From NCBI GenBank assembly GCA_021613535.1, contig CP075497.1, positions 372,001-436,000 on the forward strand: a stretch of 64,000 nt of DNA. Direction: 5' to 3'. Under the pieces are notes generated by a model, which was given only the letters and a program-made list of their open reading frames with translations, was not told the DNA's origin and did no database searches. A program made the position numbers and the translations under genes. How positions within the stretch are numbered: position 1 is the first letter of the stretch; each line of letters opens with the position of its first letter. This stretch comes from Adineta vaga (Eukaryota > Animalia > Rotifera). This document shows, piece after piece, positions 37,811 through 51,550 of this stretch.

Positions 37811-38457
37811 TTCCGAAAAAAAGGTCGAGAAATCTGGCAGATGATTGAGAAAGCAAGAAAACAGTTTTTCTAAAGTGTAATTAAAATCGATTATTTCCAA
37901 TCACGTCGATTAAAATTCATTATTTTTTTCACAAAATCGATCTTGACAAATTAAAGACAAAAAAATCTATTAAAACTGATTATTTTCCGTGTTATAATGA
38001 ATTAAAATGAATGAAAACTTGAAAAATCCGTTAAAATCAATTATTGGATCAAATTTAATCGCACAATGACATACCAAATCAGATTTTATTAATTTTCTTG
38101 AAAAAATCGATTTTAATCATATTCTCCATTAGTTTTTTTCTACATGGGTAAACTCAATATAAAAAGATTTCTATAATACCATTATTTGACGAATTACATT
38201 GATTAAAGGTCGTTTGAAAACACAAGAATTAGATTCGTTAATAGAAAATATTAATTTCATGAGTGTCTGTATATGAAATATTCGAATACATATGTCAATC
38301 AAAAAATAAATAATAAAGCATTTACTTCGTTATATTGAAGAGCATTTATCAGATGAAAATGATCTTGATAAGTAATATTATTTGATTTAAGACTTAATTC
38401 AATCAGCTTCTAAAAAGGAATCATACAAATAGAACATAATGAAGAGTTAATCAAGGA

Positions 38458-38512
38458 TGAGGTTGTGGGTGTGAGTATTTCATTTCTCTTCACACACACA
38501 CACACACCCTCA
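38458..38512. repeat. Telomere-like palindromic linker S10 (family D, inverted)
   Basis: TGAGGTTGTGGGTGTGAGTA-TTTCATTTCTCTT-CACACACACACACACACCCTCA. Confidence 0.85.
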
Positions 38513-38587
38513 CATGACAATTGAAAATCTAACTGGACGAAAGTTACAACACGAAAACGATACGTATTCTGTTGAAATAAATCTCGT

Positions 38588-39210
38588 TCATCCACGTGCA
38601 AACGTTGAGGCTATTTCGAAATTCGTTCTTGCAAATGGATAGAACGATATTTCATCGATGCAGCCAGAGAAGTAAAGAGAACCGTACTGTGCGCTATTTC
38701 CTATCTCCAATGGGTTTGCTACTCCCTGATAGGGTCCATGATTACCATTCGATACTTGGAGAGTTCCATTAATATAGAGCGACATTGTTAGCCCTGTCAA
38801 ATTATAGACATAAGCAACATGTGACCAGACATCGATAGGTATAAGTCGTGAATCTGTTAGGGTGTCTCCACGAAAAAGGAAACTCACAGCTCCACGTTTG
38901 CCGATTGAAGTTCGCATACAGTTACGATTGCGCAGTTTTGCACATTGACCGAAAATGACATGCTCAAAACCGTCGGTGACGAGAATTGTTGGTTTGATCC
39001 AACTTTCGACAGAAAACGAGATAGAGCGCAGATCAATATATGGCGTAACGTTTACAAGGACTGACTGCTGAAGTGACTTCGTTAGATTCAAACATTTTCC
39101 ACAACCATTGCGACCTACTTCATATGGTGGATTGTTCTGACTAGTACCGTTATAAATGCCAAAACGGTCATTCAGATTGCCCTAAAAATACCATGCAATT
39201 GTTGGAGCTA
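38588..39210 (-). pseudogene. LamG/concanavalin-A-like domain exon (gene fragment)
   Basis: SFSVESWI, WSHVAYVY, LYING, FSGCIDE. Confidence 0.7.
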
Positions 39211-39695
39211 CAAGTCAAAAAGAAGTTTCGTCTAGACGGTAGAAAAATAGAATAAGCTCATCAATACCTCGTCCAGCTGGCGATGTTTCTGAATTGATAC
39301 AAGCACTGGTAGGCGATACTATTGTTTGTTTTGTCGTTTTTGAAACTAAATCCAAGAGTGATTTCATAAAATATAGGTCCAATTCAGACACTTTCATATC
39401 AAATAGTTTTTTTTACATTTATTCAGTTACTGGTGTTGAAATGGGAATAAACGAAAAGCAGAAAGCTGGTAAATGAAAGGTAGCTTCCACTTACGACTCA
39501 TACTTCTGTTTGTATAGCGGAAAATACTTGCTTTCATTGTAGTTACTACTAATTGCGACCACTTTTTTCTCAGTGATACAGAGAAGTGCTACTCGTATAA
39601 ACGTTATGTCACTGATGTCTCTTTCGAGCATATTCATTTTTATATCAGTTTTCCACTTCTGAATGTCATGCTAACATTAAATAAACTTCGGCACA

Positions 39696-39754
39696 TGAGG
39701 GTGTGGGTGCCAGAAAGAGAAAGTATCCACACCCACACCCACCCACACCCTCAA
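39696..39754. repeat. Telomere-like palindromic linker S11 (family D)
   Basis: TGAGGGTGTGGGTGCC-AGAAAGAGAAAGTAT-CCACACCCACACCCACCCACACCCTCAA. Confidence 0.9.
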
Positions 39755-40734
39755 CAACACTTGTTGGTCTATTCAATGGGATAGCAACTGGCGCTCCAAA
39801 ACCTACTATTGTCATTGCATTTAGTTGGCCAGGTTGAAAGAGCTGAATTCGGTTATTATGACTATCCGCTACGAACAAATTAAAGTTCTCATCGACAAAA
39901 ATTCCATGCGGATGATCAAGCATATTGGGTACTGGCCCAGGACATCCAGTACCAGCCACAACCATTGATATGCTTGTATTACTGTTATGCTTTAGCTTGA
40001 ATATTTTATATTCATTTGCGGATGAACAGTAGAGATCATTAATGATATCAATGAAGAGTCCTGTGCATGAACTATTGATGTGCATTACTGATGTACCATT
40101 TGTACGATTCAATGTCTATCTATCGACTCGACTATGGTTATAGCCATTGTCGATAAAGATATCACCATTGCATGCGACAAAAAGGCTCCGTGGTCTGATT
40201 AAATTTTCCGAAATAGTTTTCTTTAGAATCAGCGATCCATTATATCCTATTACTATATGATTATTCAGTAGAACGCTCACATAGATGTTGTTTTGAGTAT
40301 TGACAAAAATGCCAGTGGGCTGATGGCCAATCAAACTTTTGTTAGCTAATTTTGTTGCATTTGTATTCCATACTGTACATGAACTAAATTTAGGCTGATT
40401 GAATGAAATACCTGATAAATTTTAAAAAAATTCTCCTCATTTTTACAGACAAAATATGACTGAGGTACATTTGAATATCTTAGCGATAGCAAAGACCAAA
40501 AATTTTTCAGACTTAAAGATGTGTTTATTTTATTAATATGAATATTGCGAAACGATCTAAGTGGTGTATCTTATCTCACAGCTAAAATTTTAAATTGATG
40601 TACTCTTCTGTATAGGAGTAAACCAATTAAACGAAAATCTAAAAATTTTATTTACTTCAATCAGCAAAAGAATGTCTACCTGAACTATTTTCAATGAGTA
40701 ATGCCATTGTCACTATCCAAATTGTAGACGACAT
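39755..40734 (-). pseudogene. Secreted NHL-repeat protein, premature stop, truncated at S11
   Basis: Short signal exon from 40734; SFNQPKFSSCTVWN; LDHPHGIFVD..VADSHNNRIQ; in-frame TAG at 40116-40118; breaks at LNRPTSVV. Confidence 0.8.
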
Positions 40735-40969
40735 ACTTTAACGTCAATGTCTGATAGCGTCTTCTCATCAGAGTATATTTTAGCGGGAAAACCAACTGCA
40801 CAAAACTCGTTATTTGATAACGTTACATATTTGAATGTTGTCATGAACCAGTTTAAAGTAATATAATCTTCAAAATAAATTCATCACGCGTTCTTTGTTA
40901 TTTCTGATATTTGAAAATCAGCAATGATACATTAGACATTAATTTAAAAAAGTCACGTTAGATAATTAA

Positions 40970-41213
40970 CTTTTTCGGGACCGGTGACATTTTAAAGCGT
41001 CATTGAAAATTTATATGATCTGGCGCAAGTGCATTCGAATTTTTCCTGAATCTCTTCGAAGTAAGAGATAAAGATGCGGATCATAACACAAACGTGTAAA
41101 ATAAAGCAACCGGAACATTTACTTCGAAGATACTCACCATAGATTCAAATTCACTTGCGGCAGATCATATAAAATTTCAATGACGCTTTAAGACGTCACC
41201 GGTCCCAAAAGGG
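40970..41213. mobile_element. piggyBac-like MITE
   Basis: TTAA on both sides; ~70-bp inverted arms (GGGACCGGTGAC...AAAGCGTCATTGAAA). Confidence 0.85.
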
Positions 41214-41333
41214 TTAACAATGCAGTTTTTTGGTATTAGAATAATCATAACGCTATGTTATTTTATTTTTCTACAAAAAAGGGCATTGATCGGATTGTCG
41301 CTCCGCAATCCACATAAACTGAGATTAGGTTTA

Positions 41334-41349
41334 TTGAGGGTGTGGGTGC
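41334..41349 (+). repeat. Half linker S12 (G arm only)
   Basis: TTGAGGGTGTGGGTGC. Confidence 0.6.
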
Positions 41350-41700
41350 TACGAAAGCTCGATACTAAAGTAATAACTAAAAGTTGCACTCATGTTCAGA
41401 TTTGGTATCTTCTTTGAAAAAAACATTATTTATGGTTCGCTAAAGCTTCTTGAAATCTTTAAGACATTGATATCATTCATTATCGTGGTATTAACGATTA
41501 AATTCACAAAAACTCCTCCACAGTATCGAAAGATCTATTTGTGCAATATATATTGAAGTGGTCAATAGGGCTTGTCCAAACGTAACGTTGTGACATTTTT
41601 GACATATTTTCATAGGATTTTCTCGAGCACCATAAATGCTAGAAAGTTCATTTAAATATTGTTAGATACAACTCATTAAGTTCTACCAACGTTAGAAAAA

Positions 41701-41772
41701 TGAGGGTGGGTGTGGGTGATCTGGGTGAAATTTCTCCCACGTGGTTCCGTGGGTTATAATGCCACACCCTCT
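41701..41772. repeat. Linker S13
   Basis: TGAGGGTGGGTGTGGGTG...CCACACCCTC; may overlap a TE fragment. Confidence 0.6.
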
Positions 41773-43467
41773 TTTTATAGTGCTTACCTAGGTCTAGAAA
41801 ATAGGTCACAATGTGATCGGCATCATCAGGGTGAGTGTGAGGAATCAGTAAAAAAACGTCACACGCTTATATTTTTCCTACCTTTGCACTTTGGCCTTAT
41901 GCTGTATTTTATTATTATTCTTATAATCCTTTGTTCTTTTCTCTTTCGAAAGGGTATATAAGTGACTATTTTGTGTGAGAACGATACGATATATGATATG
42001 AAGAAATATAGGGAAGCGTAGCTCCATCAGCGCTAAAGCCTCTTTTATCACAAATTATCACAGTGCGGGTCAGCAGAGAGATCTTGGTGACTTTCAGCTA
42101 AGTCTTCTTTGAATTTGAAGGCCTCAGATGAACATAATCCAGGCATCAGCAATATGCTATCGAGAACAGATTTGGAATCTTGTACTTTTTCAAGTGTAAG
42201 GAAAAAGTGAGCGCATAACTAGAATCAATCGATATGTGTGCATCCATACGTTCATTCGCAAGACAAATCCTAAAAGGCTAATCCGATTACGATGAAATTT
42301 CTGCAGAGTCTTGTTTCATCAATATCTCACTGTAGTTCGAAGATGAGCTTGATTGGGTGAGCCGATGCTGGGTTATTGGAAAAATACTGATATTTTCTTA
42401 TATCATCTATCCAATACACTTTTTGCAGTACACATAACTTTCGGATAAAATCCGAAGTTTCCGCGTTTATTCTTTTTATTCTATCTTTCTTTTTCTATTT
42501 TTATATTTCGCGCATTCTAAAATCAACTGTGACATATATATTCTAGATGTTTTTTTATATTAAAAATTTGGTTACAACCTGACTAAAAAAAGATCATGAT
42601 AATTCGAGCTGATGTATCTGTCTTATAGTAAGAGCTAGAAGCATAGAAAACAACAAATTTTTCTATGAAGTACCAAGACTTTTGGATCACCCTGTATATA
42701 TGTGTGGTATCGAACCGCACATAAGACATATATATATAACAGAACATAATAAAAGAAAAGTTAATGATAACAAAGAGTTAACTGTTATCGCTAACATTTT
42801 CCTAATCTTATTACGGACTCAGCATGTAACAGAGTTTACCATCAAATTCAACAATATTCAAAACTGCTCGTGATCAATTCTTGAACAATCTTCAAACAAA
42901 AATTATAATAAGTTTTTAATTGAGATTTAATGGCATGACTTAACCGGACTCAGTTTTTGCGAGAAAACGGCTTGACTTGTGAGAACGTCTGATTTACCTA
43001 TCACAGTCTGTGAGATAAGCGTTATTTATTAAGTTATCCTTTGATAAATTCAAAGTATTGTCGTTCTATTTTTGTTTATTCTGATTTTGTGGTATCTGAA
43101 CAAAAATAAACTTTTTATTCCAGTCACGAGAATCGTATTGAGTGCGTAAATGATGGCAGTGAAAAATGATGTTATCGAATATCAACTTTAACTTTAACTT
43201 TTACAGCAAAGTTAAAGTACCATTCCAATTAGAATCAGTTATCTACACAACTAACATCTCCAATGAAAATTATTTGAAACAGATAATCCTATGCATTGAT
43301 AAATGACACATAAAATCAATATGAACACATGAACTATATTCAGACTTTAAATCATAAAACGGTCTTAACCTTTCACTATGCTTAAATTTGATTGGTTTAG
43401 ATTAGATTTAGGTATTAAACCATCTCATGAGAACTGTAATAGGTTCGAAACCACTCATAGCAGCTGG

Positions 43468-43484
43468 TACTCACCCTCACCCTA
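43468..43484 (-). repeat. Half linker S14 (C arm only)
   Basis: TACTCACCCTCACCCT about 480 bp upstream of the TIR-NACHT start. Confidence 0.45.
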
Positions 43485-43958
43485 TTAGTCTACTGTTTTA
43501 CTAATCAGCAATTCTCACTCAAATAAATTCATATGCAAATACAAAAATTTGCAGTTTTATTCCTCACATGGCCAATTTATTTTTTGCTCGTTCTGTTCAG
43601 TTGTGTCGCAACAGTCTAACTATTTTTTTTCTCATCGCTTTCTGTTACTATATCGACGTGTGTTATGTTTAGTTTTAAATCACTTTTTATTTGCAGCTTT
43701 TTTCTATTGGTATGAGTTATAAGATAGAAATTTTTAAAAATAACTGAGCTCAGAATTATCTATATATAAGGACAGTGGAACAGACTAATAAATAGTAAAC
43801 AAGTAAACATTTCTCCGTTAGTTAATTCTATAAAAAAAAGGATATTTTATCCGTACATCACGTTCTATTTATTATAAATCAGGGACATCTGTATAAAAAG
43901 AAGAAACGATTATTATACTATTGTTCTCATTCTTATACATTTTCAGTTATTTGACAGT

Positions 43959-46900
43959 ATGGAACCCAATGGCGATAGTGAGCGGGTGATGCTTAATGGA
44001 GGAAAACATGTCATGCTTTCCTACAATTGGAACAGTCAAACTATCGTATCTCAGATATACCAAATTCTAAAAGATGAACATATTCCAATCTGGTTTGATA
44101 TACAAGGAGACATGAAACAGAATATATACGAAAGGTATGAAAATTAACACAAGCATTGTTTGTTTTGATGTAATGATTTATACTGTACTTTTGTTTAGTA
44201 TGGCTGATGGGATAGAAAATGCTGCAGTCGTTTGTTGTTTTTTAACACCAGATTATCAGAAATCTGAAAACTGTAAACTCGAATTACAATATGCAAAAAA
44301 ACGAGGCAAACGCATCATTCCATGTATGCTTGGTGATAAATCTTGGAAGCCTTCAAGTTGGCTAGGATTGATAACTTCTGGAGATCAATATATAAACTTC
44401 CGAGATCAGTCTTCAGAGAACATTCATTTAAAAACCAAACAGCTGATCGATCGAATAAAAGAAGAATCCTCTACTGTGCAACCAGTAGATGAACCAAGTT
44501 ATCTTTTTGAATTAATTAAACTTGATTATAAACGAAATAATTGTATTGAACAAATAATGAATCCAACAAAATCTTTTTCTGTCGAACACAGTTATATTAA
44601 TTTAGCCATTGTTGAAATCAAAGAACAACAAGAAACAGAAAAAAAACTTCGGAAAGCTCAGTATAATGATGCGATTATCGGCACCTTTGAACAGATCTAT
44701 GGTATGAAGACTGTTATAGATGTCAAGGATATTTTTAATAAATGCAAAGAACAAACGAAAAATGTACTTGTACTTGGACGAGCCGGAATTGGTAAATCAA
44801 TATTTTGTCAATATATTGCTTACAAGTGGGCTACAGGTGCAATGTGGCTTCAGTATGATCTACTTATTTTGTTTCCATTACGGTCTTTAAATGAGAGTCG
44901 CTATCCTCCATTATTACCTGGAATGAATTATTCTCTAATTGATCTAGTAAAAAAAGAATATTTTGGTCATGATCTTTCTGAAAATGACGACAAACTCTTG
45001 AGAGAACAGTTTGATAAAAGTAAAATTTTATGGCTTTTGGATGGCTATGATGAAATTGTGCAAAATGTGCCAGAACATCTACGTTACTTATTTGAACAGT
45101 TACTTAAGACGCCATATCATATCGTAACATCTCGTCCCTACTTGAACACTTTATCGTACACAGTGCAACTGGAAATTACAGGCTTTACAGATGATAATAT
45201 TGTGGAATATGTGAAGCAATTCTTTGACCAAACTGATGATATACTGCACGATGAAACAACGACAAGTCAAAAATTGTTAAGCTTTTTAAAACTGAATCCT
45301 AGCATCTGGGGTATTGCACATATACCAATTAGTCTAGAATTAATTTGCAGTATTTGGAGCGATACTGATTGGTCTGAAACAAAGACCTTAACAATCACAG
45401 CATTGTATGATTACATTACAGAATGGTTATGCCGACGATATTTGATTAAACAAAATACTGATATTCAGATGACTAAAGAAGATGTTTACATAGATTGTCA
45501 AAAAGAATTAGTATTTTTGGAAACATTAGCATTTAGAGGAATGGAAAACAATACTATTATTTTACGAAAAGAACTGCTCCAAAAAGTTTTAAAGGAGACT
45601 GAATATTCATCGAAAAACTATGCACGCTTACTCAATATCGGTATTCTAAAATCGATTAATGACAAGTCATTTGGAAATCAAATTGAAGTACAGAAAGATC
45701 ATTATTTTATTCATCTAAGTTTTCAAGAACATTTTGCAGCACGATATTTGATCAAAGCTCTGAATGGTCCAGGACGTCAAGCAGCTATTGATTTTATTAA
45801 TACTCATAAGTACAGCCAACGTTTTCAGTTGGTATTTACTTTTACATCCGGTCTACTTCTTCAGTCTGATCATGAATCATCTACTGACTCATTCTGGGAC
45901 GCCGTATTAGGAGAGCCGTTGGATTTAGTTGGACTACGACAGGTACAATTAATTATGTCTTGCATGGAAGAGACCACTCCTAATAGTAACTCACAGCTTC
46001 GCCGACATGCCGAGCTAATGTATATTATAACAGATGCGATAATAATTGCCCTATCCATGAAGTACATTACTATTTATAATCAGCTTCTACAATCAATGGA
46101 AAGAAGTATTTCATTAGTAAATGACTCAACAATACAAGATACACTTATCAAACTGTTAGAAAATGGTGAGTCAAATACAACAAAAAGTGTCCTTTCATTG
46201 ATTGCACAATTATCTCTTTCAAATCCATCACCTCAACTCATTCAACTACTACTATTGCAGCTTAGTAATACCGAATGGCATACCAGACAGATTGTATGTG
46301 AAGCTTTCGAAAAAATGGGCGCTAAAGCAGCAACGAATGATGTAATAAATAAGTTGGTATATGCAGTTAACGATGAGAATGCTTCTGTCAGAATAAATGC
46401 ATGCTGTGCTCTAGGAAAAATGGGTAAAAATACAGCAACGGATACTGTTACGAGTAGGTTAATAGCTGCGCTCGAAGATGAGAATGAATATGTTCGACGA
46501 AGAGTATGTGAAGCGTTGGGAGAGATTGGTGAACAAGCGGCAATAAATAAGCTATTGAGTGCCGTCGAAGATAAAAGTGGAGACGTGAGATGGAGAGCAT
46601 GCGAAGCTCTAGGAAAAATGGGTGAAAAAGCCGCAATCGATACTGTTCTGAATAAGTTGATAATCGCACTTGGAGACCAGAATGTAAATGTCAGAAAGAA
46701 AGCACGTGAAGCTCTCGGAAAAATGGGTGAAAAAGCAACAATCAATATTATTATGAATAGATTGGTGGTCGCAGTTGGAGATCAGGACGCAAATATCAGG
46801 CGGAGTGCATGTATAGCGTTAGGTGAAGTGGGTGAAAAAACAGCGACAAACGATGTGATCCATAGGTTGCTGAGTGCACTACAAGATGAGAATGGAGATG

Positions 46901-48462
46901 TCAGAAAGAATGCATGCAAAGCCCTTGGCCGAATGCATGAAAAAGCAGTGGACGATGATGTTATTAGTGGACTAGTGACTGCACTTCAAGATGAAAATGA
47001 CAATGTTAGATGGTATGCGTGTCAGGTCCTTAGAGGAATGGGCGAAAAGGCGCCTATCAATGAGATAATCGATGGGCTCGTCAGTGTGCTTCGGCATAAA
47101 GATTGGAGCATTAGACAGAATGCATGTAAAGCACTTGGAGAAATAGGTGAAAAAGCAGCAACTCACACTGTGATTGCTGGACTAGTGGCTGCAATTGGAG
47201 ATGAGTATGGAAATGTACAAGAGACAGCGTGCAAAGTACTGGGAGAGATGGGTGATAAAGTAGCCACGGTAGAGGTCATCAACGGGCTAATCATTGCACT
47301 TGGAAATACGTGGTCAGATGTCAGAGAAAATGCCTGGGAAGCGCTCAGAAAAATGGGTGAAAAGATAATAATCGATGATGTGATAAATCGACTATTGGTT
47401 GCGCTTGGGGACGAGAAGTATAACGTCAGGTCCACGGCTTGTCGAGCTCTTGGGCAAATTGGTAAAACAGTATCGACTAATAATGTGATTGGCGGACTGT
47501 TGAATGCATTGGGAGATACAAATCCATATGTTAGGCGAACGGCATGTGAAACTCTCGGTCATATGGGTGAAAAAGCAGCAACTAATGATGTTACGAATAG
47601 ACTGATATGTATCTTGAAAGATGAGAATATAGATAACAGATGCCGAGCATGTGAAGCTCTTGGCCAAATGGGTGGAAAAGCAGCAACTAATGACGTTCTG
47701 ACTGGATTAGTGACTGCAATTGAAGATGAGAATTGGAATGTCAGTATGAGTGCATGTAATGCTTTCGAAAAAATGGGTGAAAAAGCAGCAACTGATATCG
47801 TGATCAGTGCATTAGTGACTGCGCTTGGGAATAAAATGAACCATGTGAGAAGAAAAGCATGTGAAGCTCTCGGAAAAATTGGTGAAAAAATACTAACAGA
47901 TGAGATGATTAATGGACTGGTGGCCGCTCTATGGGATAAGGATACGAGTGTCAGGGAGAGTGCGTGTCAAGTTTTCGAAAGAATTGGTGACAAAGCAGCT
48001 ACTAATGAAGTGATTAATGGATTAATAAATGCACGTCGTGGTGTCTTTGGATGTAGTGCAGCCGATGAAGCACTTGAAAAGATTTTCCTTTCGTTTTCAG
48101 CCTTAACACAGTTATCCTCAGATACAGTTTCGAAACTTGCCGAAAACATGAAGCAAGGCTATTTGGGGGACTTACGAACTATTCCTCCAGATCAATTTAT
48201 GAAGGTTTTTCTGCATACAAAAAATACTATGTGGTTACCTGTCGTAACTATCAGTGCACTTTTGCAAGGAAATGCAGTCACCGTTACTAATAGTACTATT
48301 GTAATATATGGACGTCAAGAACCAATTCAAATAACTGTTCTTGATGAAATTCTGCTCAAAGAATTAACTAATGCTTTTAATCATCAAAAAGAAGAACTTC
48401 AGTTATCTTTGAAACTTTTCATGAGATCAAGAGCAGTCTCTACCGTATGTGTTCTAATGTAA
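43959..48462 (+). CDS. TIR-NACHT-HEAT repeat NLR-like protein with C-terminal CaaX
   Basis: HVMLSYNW...WFDI; intron 44135-44198; NCKLELQYA; Walker A GRAGIGKS; Walker B LLDGYDE; FIHLSFQEHFAA; about 15 repeats of ~39 aa (VRxxACEALGKMG); ends CVLM-stop. Confidence 0.92.
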
Positions 48463-48927
48463 TACAGAATAGCCCGTAAATAACACGACGATAAGAAATT
48501 CAAATATTTCCTTCGTTTGTCAACCAATCGCGATAAAACTTTTAGTCGTGACAGAGGCTTATTTAAAGTTTTTTTTTCCATACGATAAATATCAATACGA
48601 ACTTATCACTTGTAACGGGTTCAAAAAATGTTAAAAAAGTGATTTTAGGATATTATTACAAAGGTTTTCTCGTCTGTTTTTTTTTCAACTGTTACGTACA
48701 CATGATAAGATTCTAGTATCACTAAAATGTGTGCCTTAGTAATTTTCAGATTCAGAATTAAATATGGCACGACGTCAGTCGAGTGTGCACGAGAAAACGT
48801 GAATTATCAAACGCGTGTATCATGTTGAATATCTAATCAATGTGCAAAGATTATGGTGTAAGGAAATAAATAAGAATCCTACACATTGAGATACTATAAA
48901 ATTATTGATGAACAAATTTGAACAGAC

Positions 48928-48997
48928 TGGGTGCGGGTGTGGGTGAGGGTTAGAGGTAAGAGTATAGTCAGACCCACGCACACACACACCCACCCCT
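48928..48997. repeat. Telomere-like palindromic linker S15 (family C-related, inverted)
   Basis: TGGGTGCGGGTGTGGGTGAGGGTTAGAGG-TAAGAGTATAGTCAGA-CCCACGCACACACACACCCACCC. Confidence 0.85.
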
Positions 48998-49141
48998 AGA
49001 ATAATCGAAGTATAAAGGATATATGAAAACAAAGAGCACAAACAACACATTGTCTTATGATCGCCTGTATATATACGTCCGTCGGTTTCAGATGTTTGTA
49101 TATATTATTTTCTATCTTCTTCACTAAATCTTCGTTGTACG

Positions 49142-49740
49142 ATGTCTGCTGCTGATAGTACCATGTCTTTTACTTCTTCTAATAAAGGTAAACGTATGTT
49201 AGTAAAGGAAGGTTTTATTTATAAATTCATGCAATCAAATGGTAAACACAACCATCTTATTAAACCAGAAGAAATTGAAGTAAGACACTTCCGAGAAGCT
49301 CTGAAAGAACGTGTTATCAATGAAACAACACCGATTTCAAAGATATACGATGAAGAAATGGTTAAAGCTCATTTCTTACCAGAAACTCTTGCAAGTGTAC
49401 CAGTAGTTTCCAATATAAGTAATATTGCGTTGTTATATTCTTTATATACTTTTTATTATGATGTTTTCTAGATTCTGCATTAAATCGAACACGACGAAAA
49501 CGCACACCAGTTCTTCTAACTTGTTCTTCGTTCGACATTCCAGATTCCAGATTCGTATCAGTTTACATCTAATGGAGAAAAGTTTTTATTTTGACGTGCT
49601 ATTGGGTCGCAAAAAAAGAATGATGTTATTTGGTAGTCCAAAACAACTTGAAGTATTATTTGATAGTTCGATAATCTTCATGGACGGAACGTTTTTGGCG
49701 ACGTCACCCATGTTCGACCAGGTTTTCACTATACACTTTC
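49142..49740 (+). mobile_element. MULE/Mutator (FLYWCH-type) transposase remnant
   Basis: SNKGKRMLVKEGFIY, HNH, PISKIYDEE, IFMDGTF...FDQVFTIH; deleted and frameshifted. Confidence 0.75.
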
Positions 49741-50415
49741 TTCTAACTCACTCATTTTGCTTCGACATCAGCTTTTCGACATTTCTCCTTTCGATCATTT
49801 TCTCTTCGACATTTTGTTTCGACGTTTTTCAATCATACCTTTCAATCAGTATCTCAAGCGAAAATTGCTTGATGAAAAACTATCATTTTTACTTTTTTTT
49901 GATTTAATGTCCTTTGCAACAACATAAGATAACTCTTTTGGGATTTAATGAAAGAAATCATATTAAACGTTGTAGATAATAATTTTCAAATAATAAAACA
50001 ATAATCCTTATCTGTTTTATTATTAGGGATTTTTTTCTCAAAATCTTGAATAAAGTGTAGTTAGGGTGGGTGGATGGGTGGGTGTGACGATTTTTTCTCT
50101 CGGGGACTCTCTTGAAAAACTACATCATTTGATAGATAATTAAATTCTGCATCCAACACAATCATTCTCAGACACAGTACAAGTTCTCAAGCGAATCCGG
50201 GCAAGGAATACAAAAGTTTCAAGTCCAAAAAATGGGTGAAAACACCGGTTTTTTGTCGAAAACTTCAGTTTTTGGACGGTGACCACTATTAAAACTGGCA
50301 TCATTCGGTAGATAATTAAATTCTGCATCTCACACAACCTTTTCGAAGACCAGCACAAGTTTACGGGCGAATCCTGACAAAAAAATACTCGAATATGGTG
50401 CTAACTTTACCTACG

Positions 50416-50706
50416 TCCAGGTCAATCATTCCGAAGGTCGGAAACGACACCTCAGACGACCAGAAACGGTCAGAAAACGGCAATTTACTGCCTTAATTTT
50501 CACCTTATTTCATCGTAATCCGTTATTCCGAATTACCACTGCCGTTTTCGGCCGTTTCTTTCTACGAAACGACTATCTTTTTACACTGTATTTCTATACA
50601 TTTCTGAGTTAACGGATTACGGCAAAGTATTAGCCCCGATTTTCGCCGTTTTCACCGTTTTTCTACCGTTTAAAACAGTTTATGACCACGCTTTGTTGGA
50701 CCTGGG
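50416..50706. mobile_element. MITE with CCAGGTC/GACCTGGG ends
   Basis: Termini resemble the 502-780 element; internal CCGTT/AACGG repeats. Confidence 0.6.
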
Positions 50707-50756
50707 TTCTCCTTCTTTTCTTTAATCAATTATATATTCGACATTTTTCCTTTCGG

Positions 50757-50800
50757 TCTTTTGAGGGTGTGGGTGTGGGTGAACTTACATTCACACTCTG
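50757..50800. repeat. Linker S16
   Basis: TCTTTTGAGGGTGTGGGTGTGGGTGAAC-TTAC-ATTCACACTCT. Confidence 0.8.
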
Positions 50801-50890
50801 CGAAAGAAATATCCATTTACGAGAAATTTATTTATTTTAATGAAGAAGAAATGAATATTTTGGGATTTCTATGATTAATAATTAAGTGCG

Positions 50891-51550
50891 CTATTTTTGT
50901 TTACACTTAAAAAAAATTTTAGAATCTTTACAGAATGCTGACCAAAATGAGTGGAAGAAATCGCGATAATTAGTGCAAACATCATTTTTAACAGCATAGA
51001 GAAGCGTTTGCTTCGCTCTTTCTGCTACACTCGAATAAGAGCAAAGTCCTGTTATTCGATGTTCATTATAACATCCAACTAGATGTCCTGTCGCATCACC
51101 AGTAACAGGATTTTTTGGATAACCTGAATGTCCTACAGAACCATACATTCCTTCGACCCAAAATGTAGGCATTCCTCGCACTATTCCAACTACACAAGTT
51201 CCATACTTGCTCCCTCCTGCAATGGGACGAGAGAGTAAACCAGTATAAACTACATGAGCCGATTGATTTTCAATTTTCGAAATTAACTGCCGTTTTTCTT
51301 CTTCAGAAATCTCAATGCCTCTCCATGATTGTCTATAATTATGAGCAGCATTATTACTTGTCCCTATACCATTCCATTTTACAGCCCATTGAGCAGGAGT
51401 TTCTAAAATAATTATTACAAAGAGTACAATCGTAAAAGACTAAGAAAAATATATTTTACCTCCCTTAGATACATAGGAGGAAGCTTCAGAATAATAAATT
51501 GCAATTAACACCATGATTATTACACCCAGAAGATTGAAAACGTTTACCAT
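50891..51550 (-). CDS. Secreted ~200-aa protein of unknown function, two exons
   Basis: Signal exon MVNVFNLLGVIIMVLIAIYYSEA (51550-~51460); short intron; open frame ETPAQWAVKWNG... to stop at 50891. Confidence 0.75.

Noticed and set aside
42400-42696. Tc1/mariner-like end (CACCCTG-TA)
   Set aside because: No matching left TIR found, so boundaries are unsupported.
50062-50088. GGGTGGGTGGATGGGTGGGTGTG tract
   Set aside because: 4-bp periodicity, no C arm or cap; more likely part of an adjacent TE fragment.
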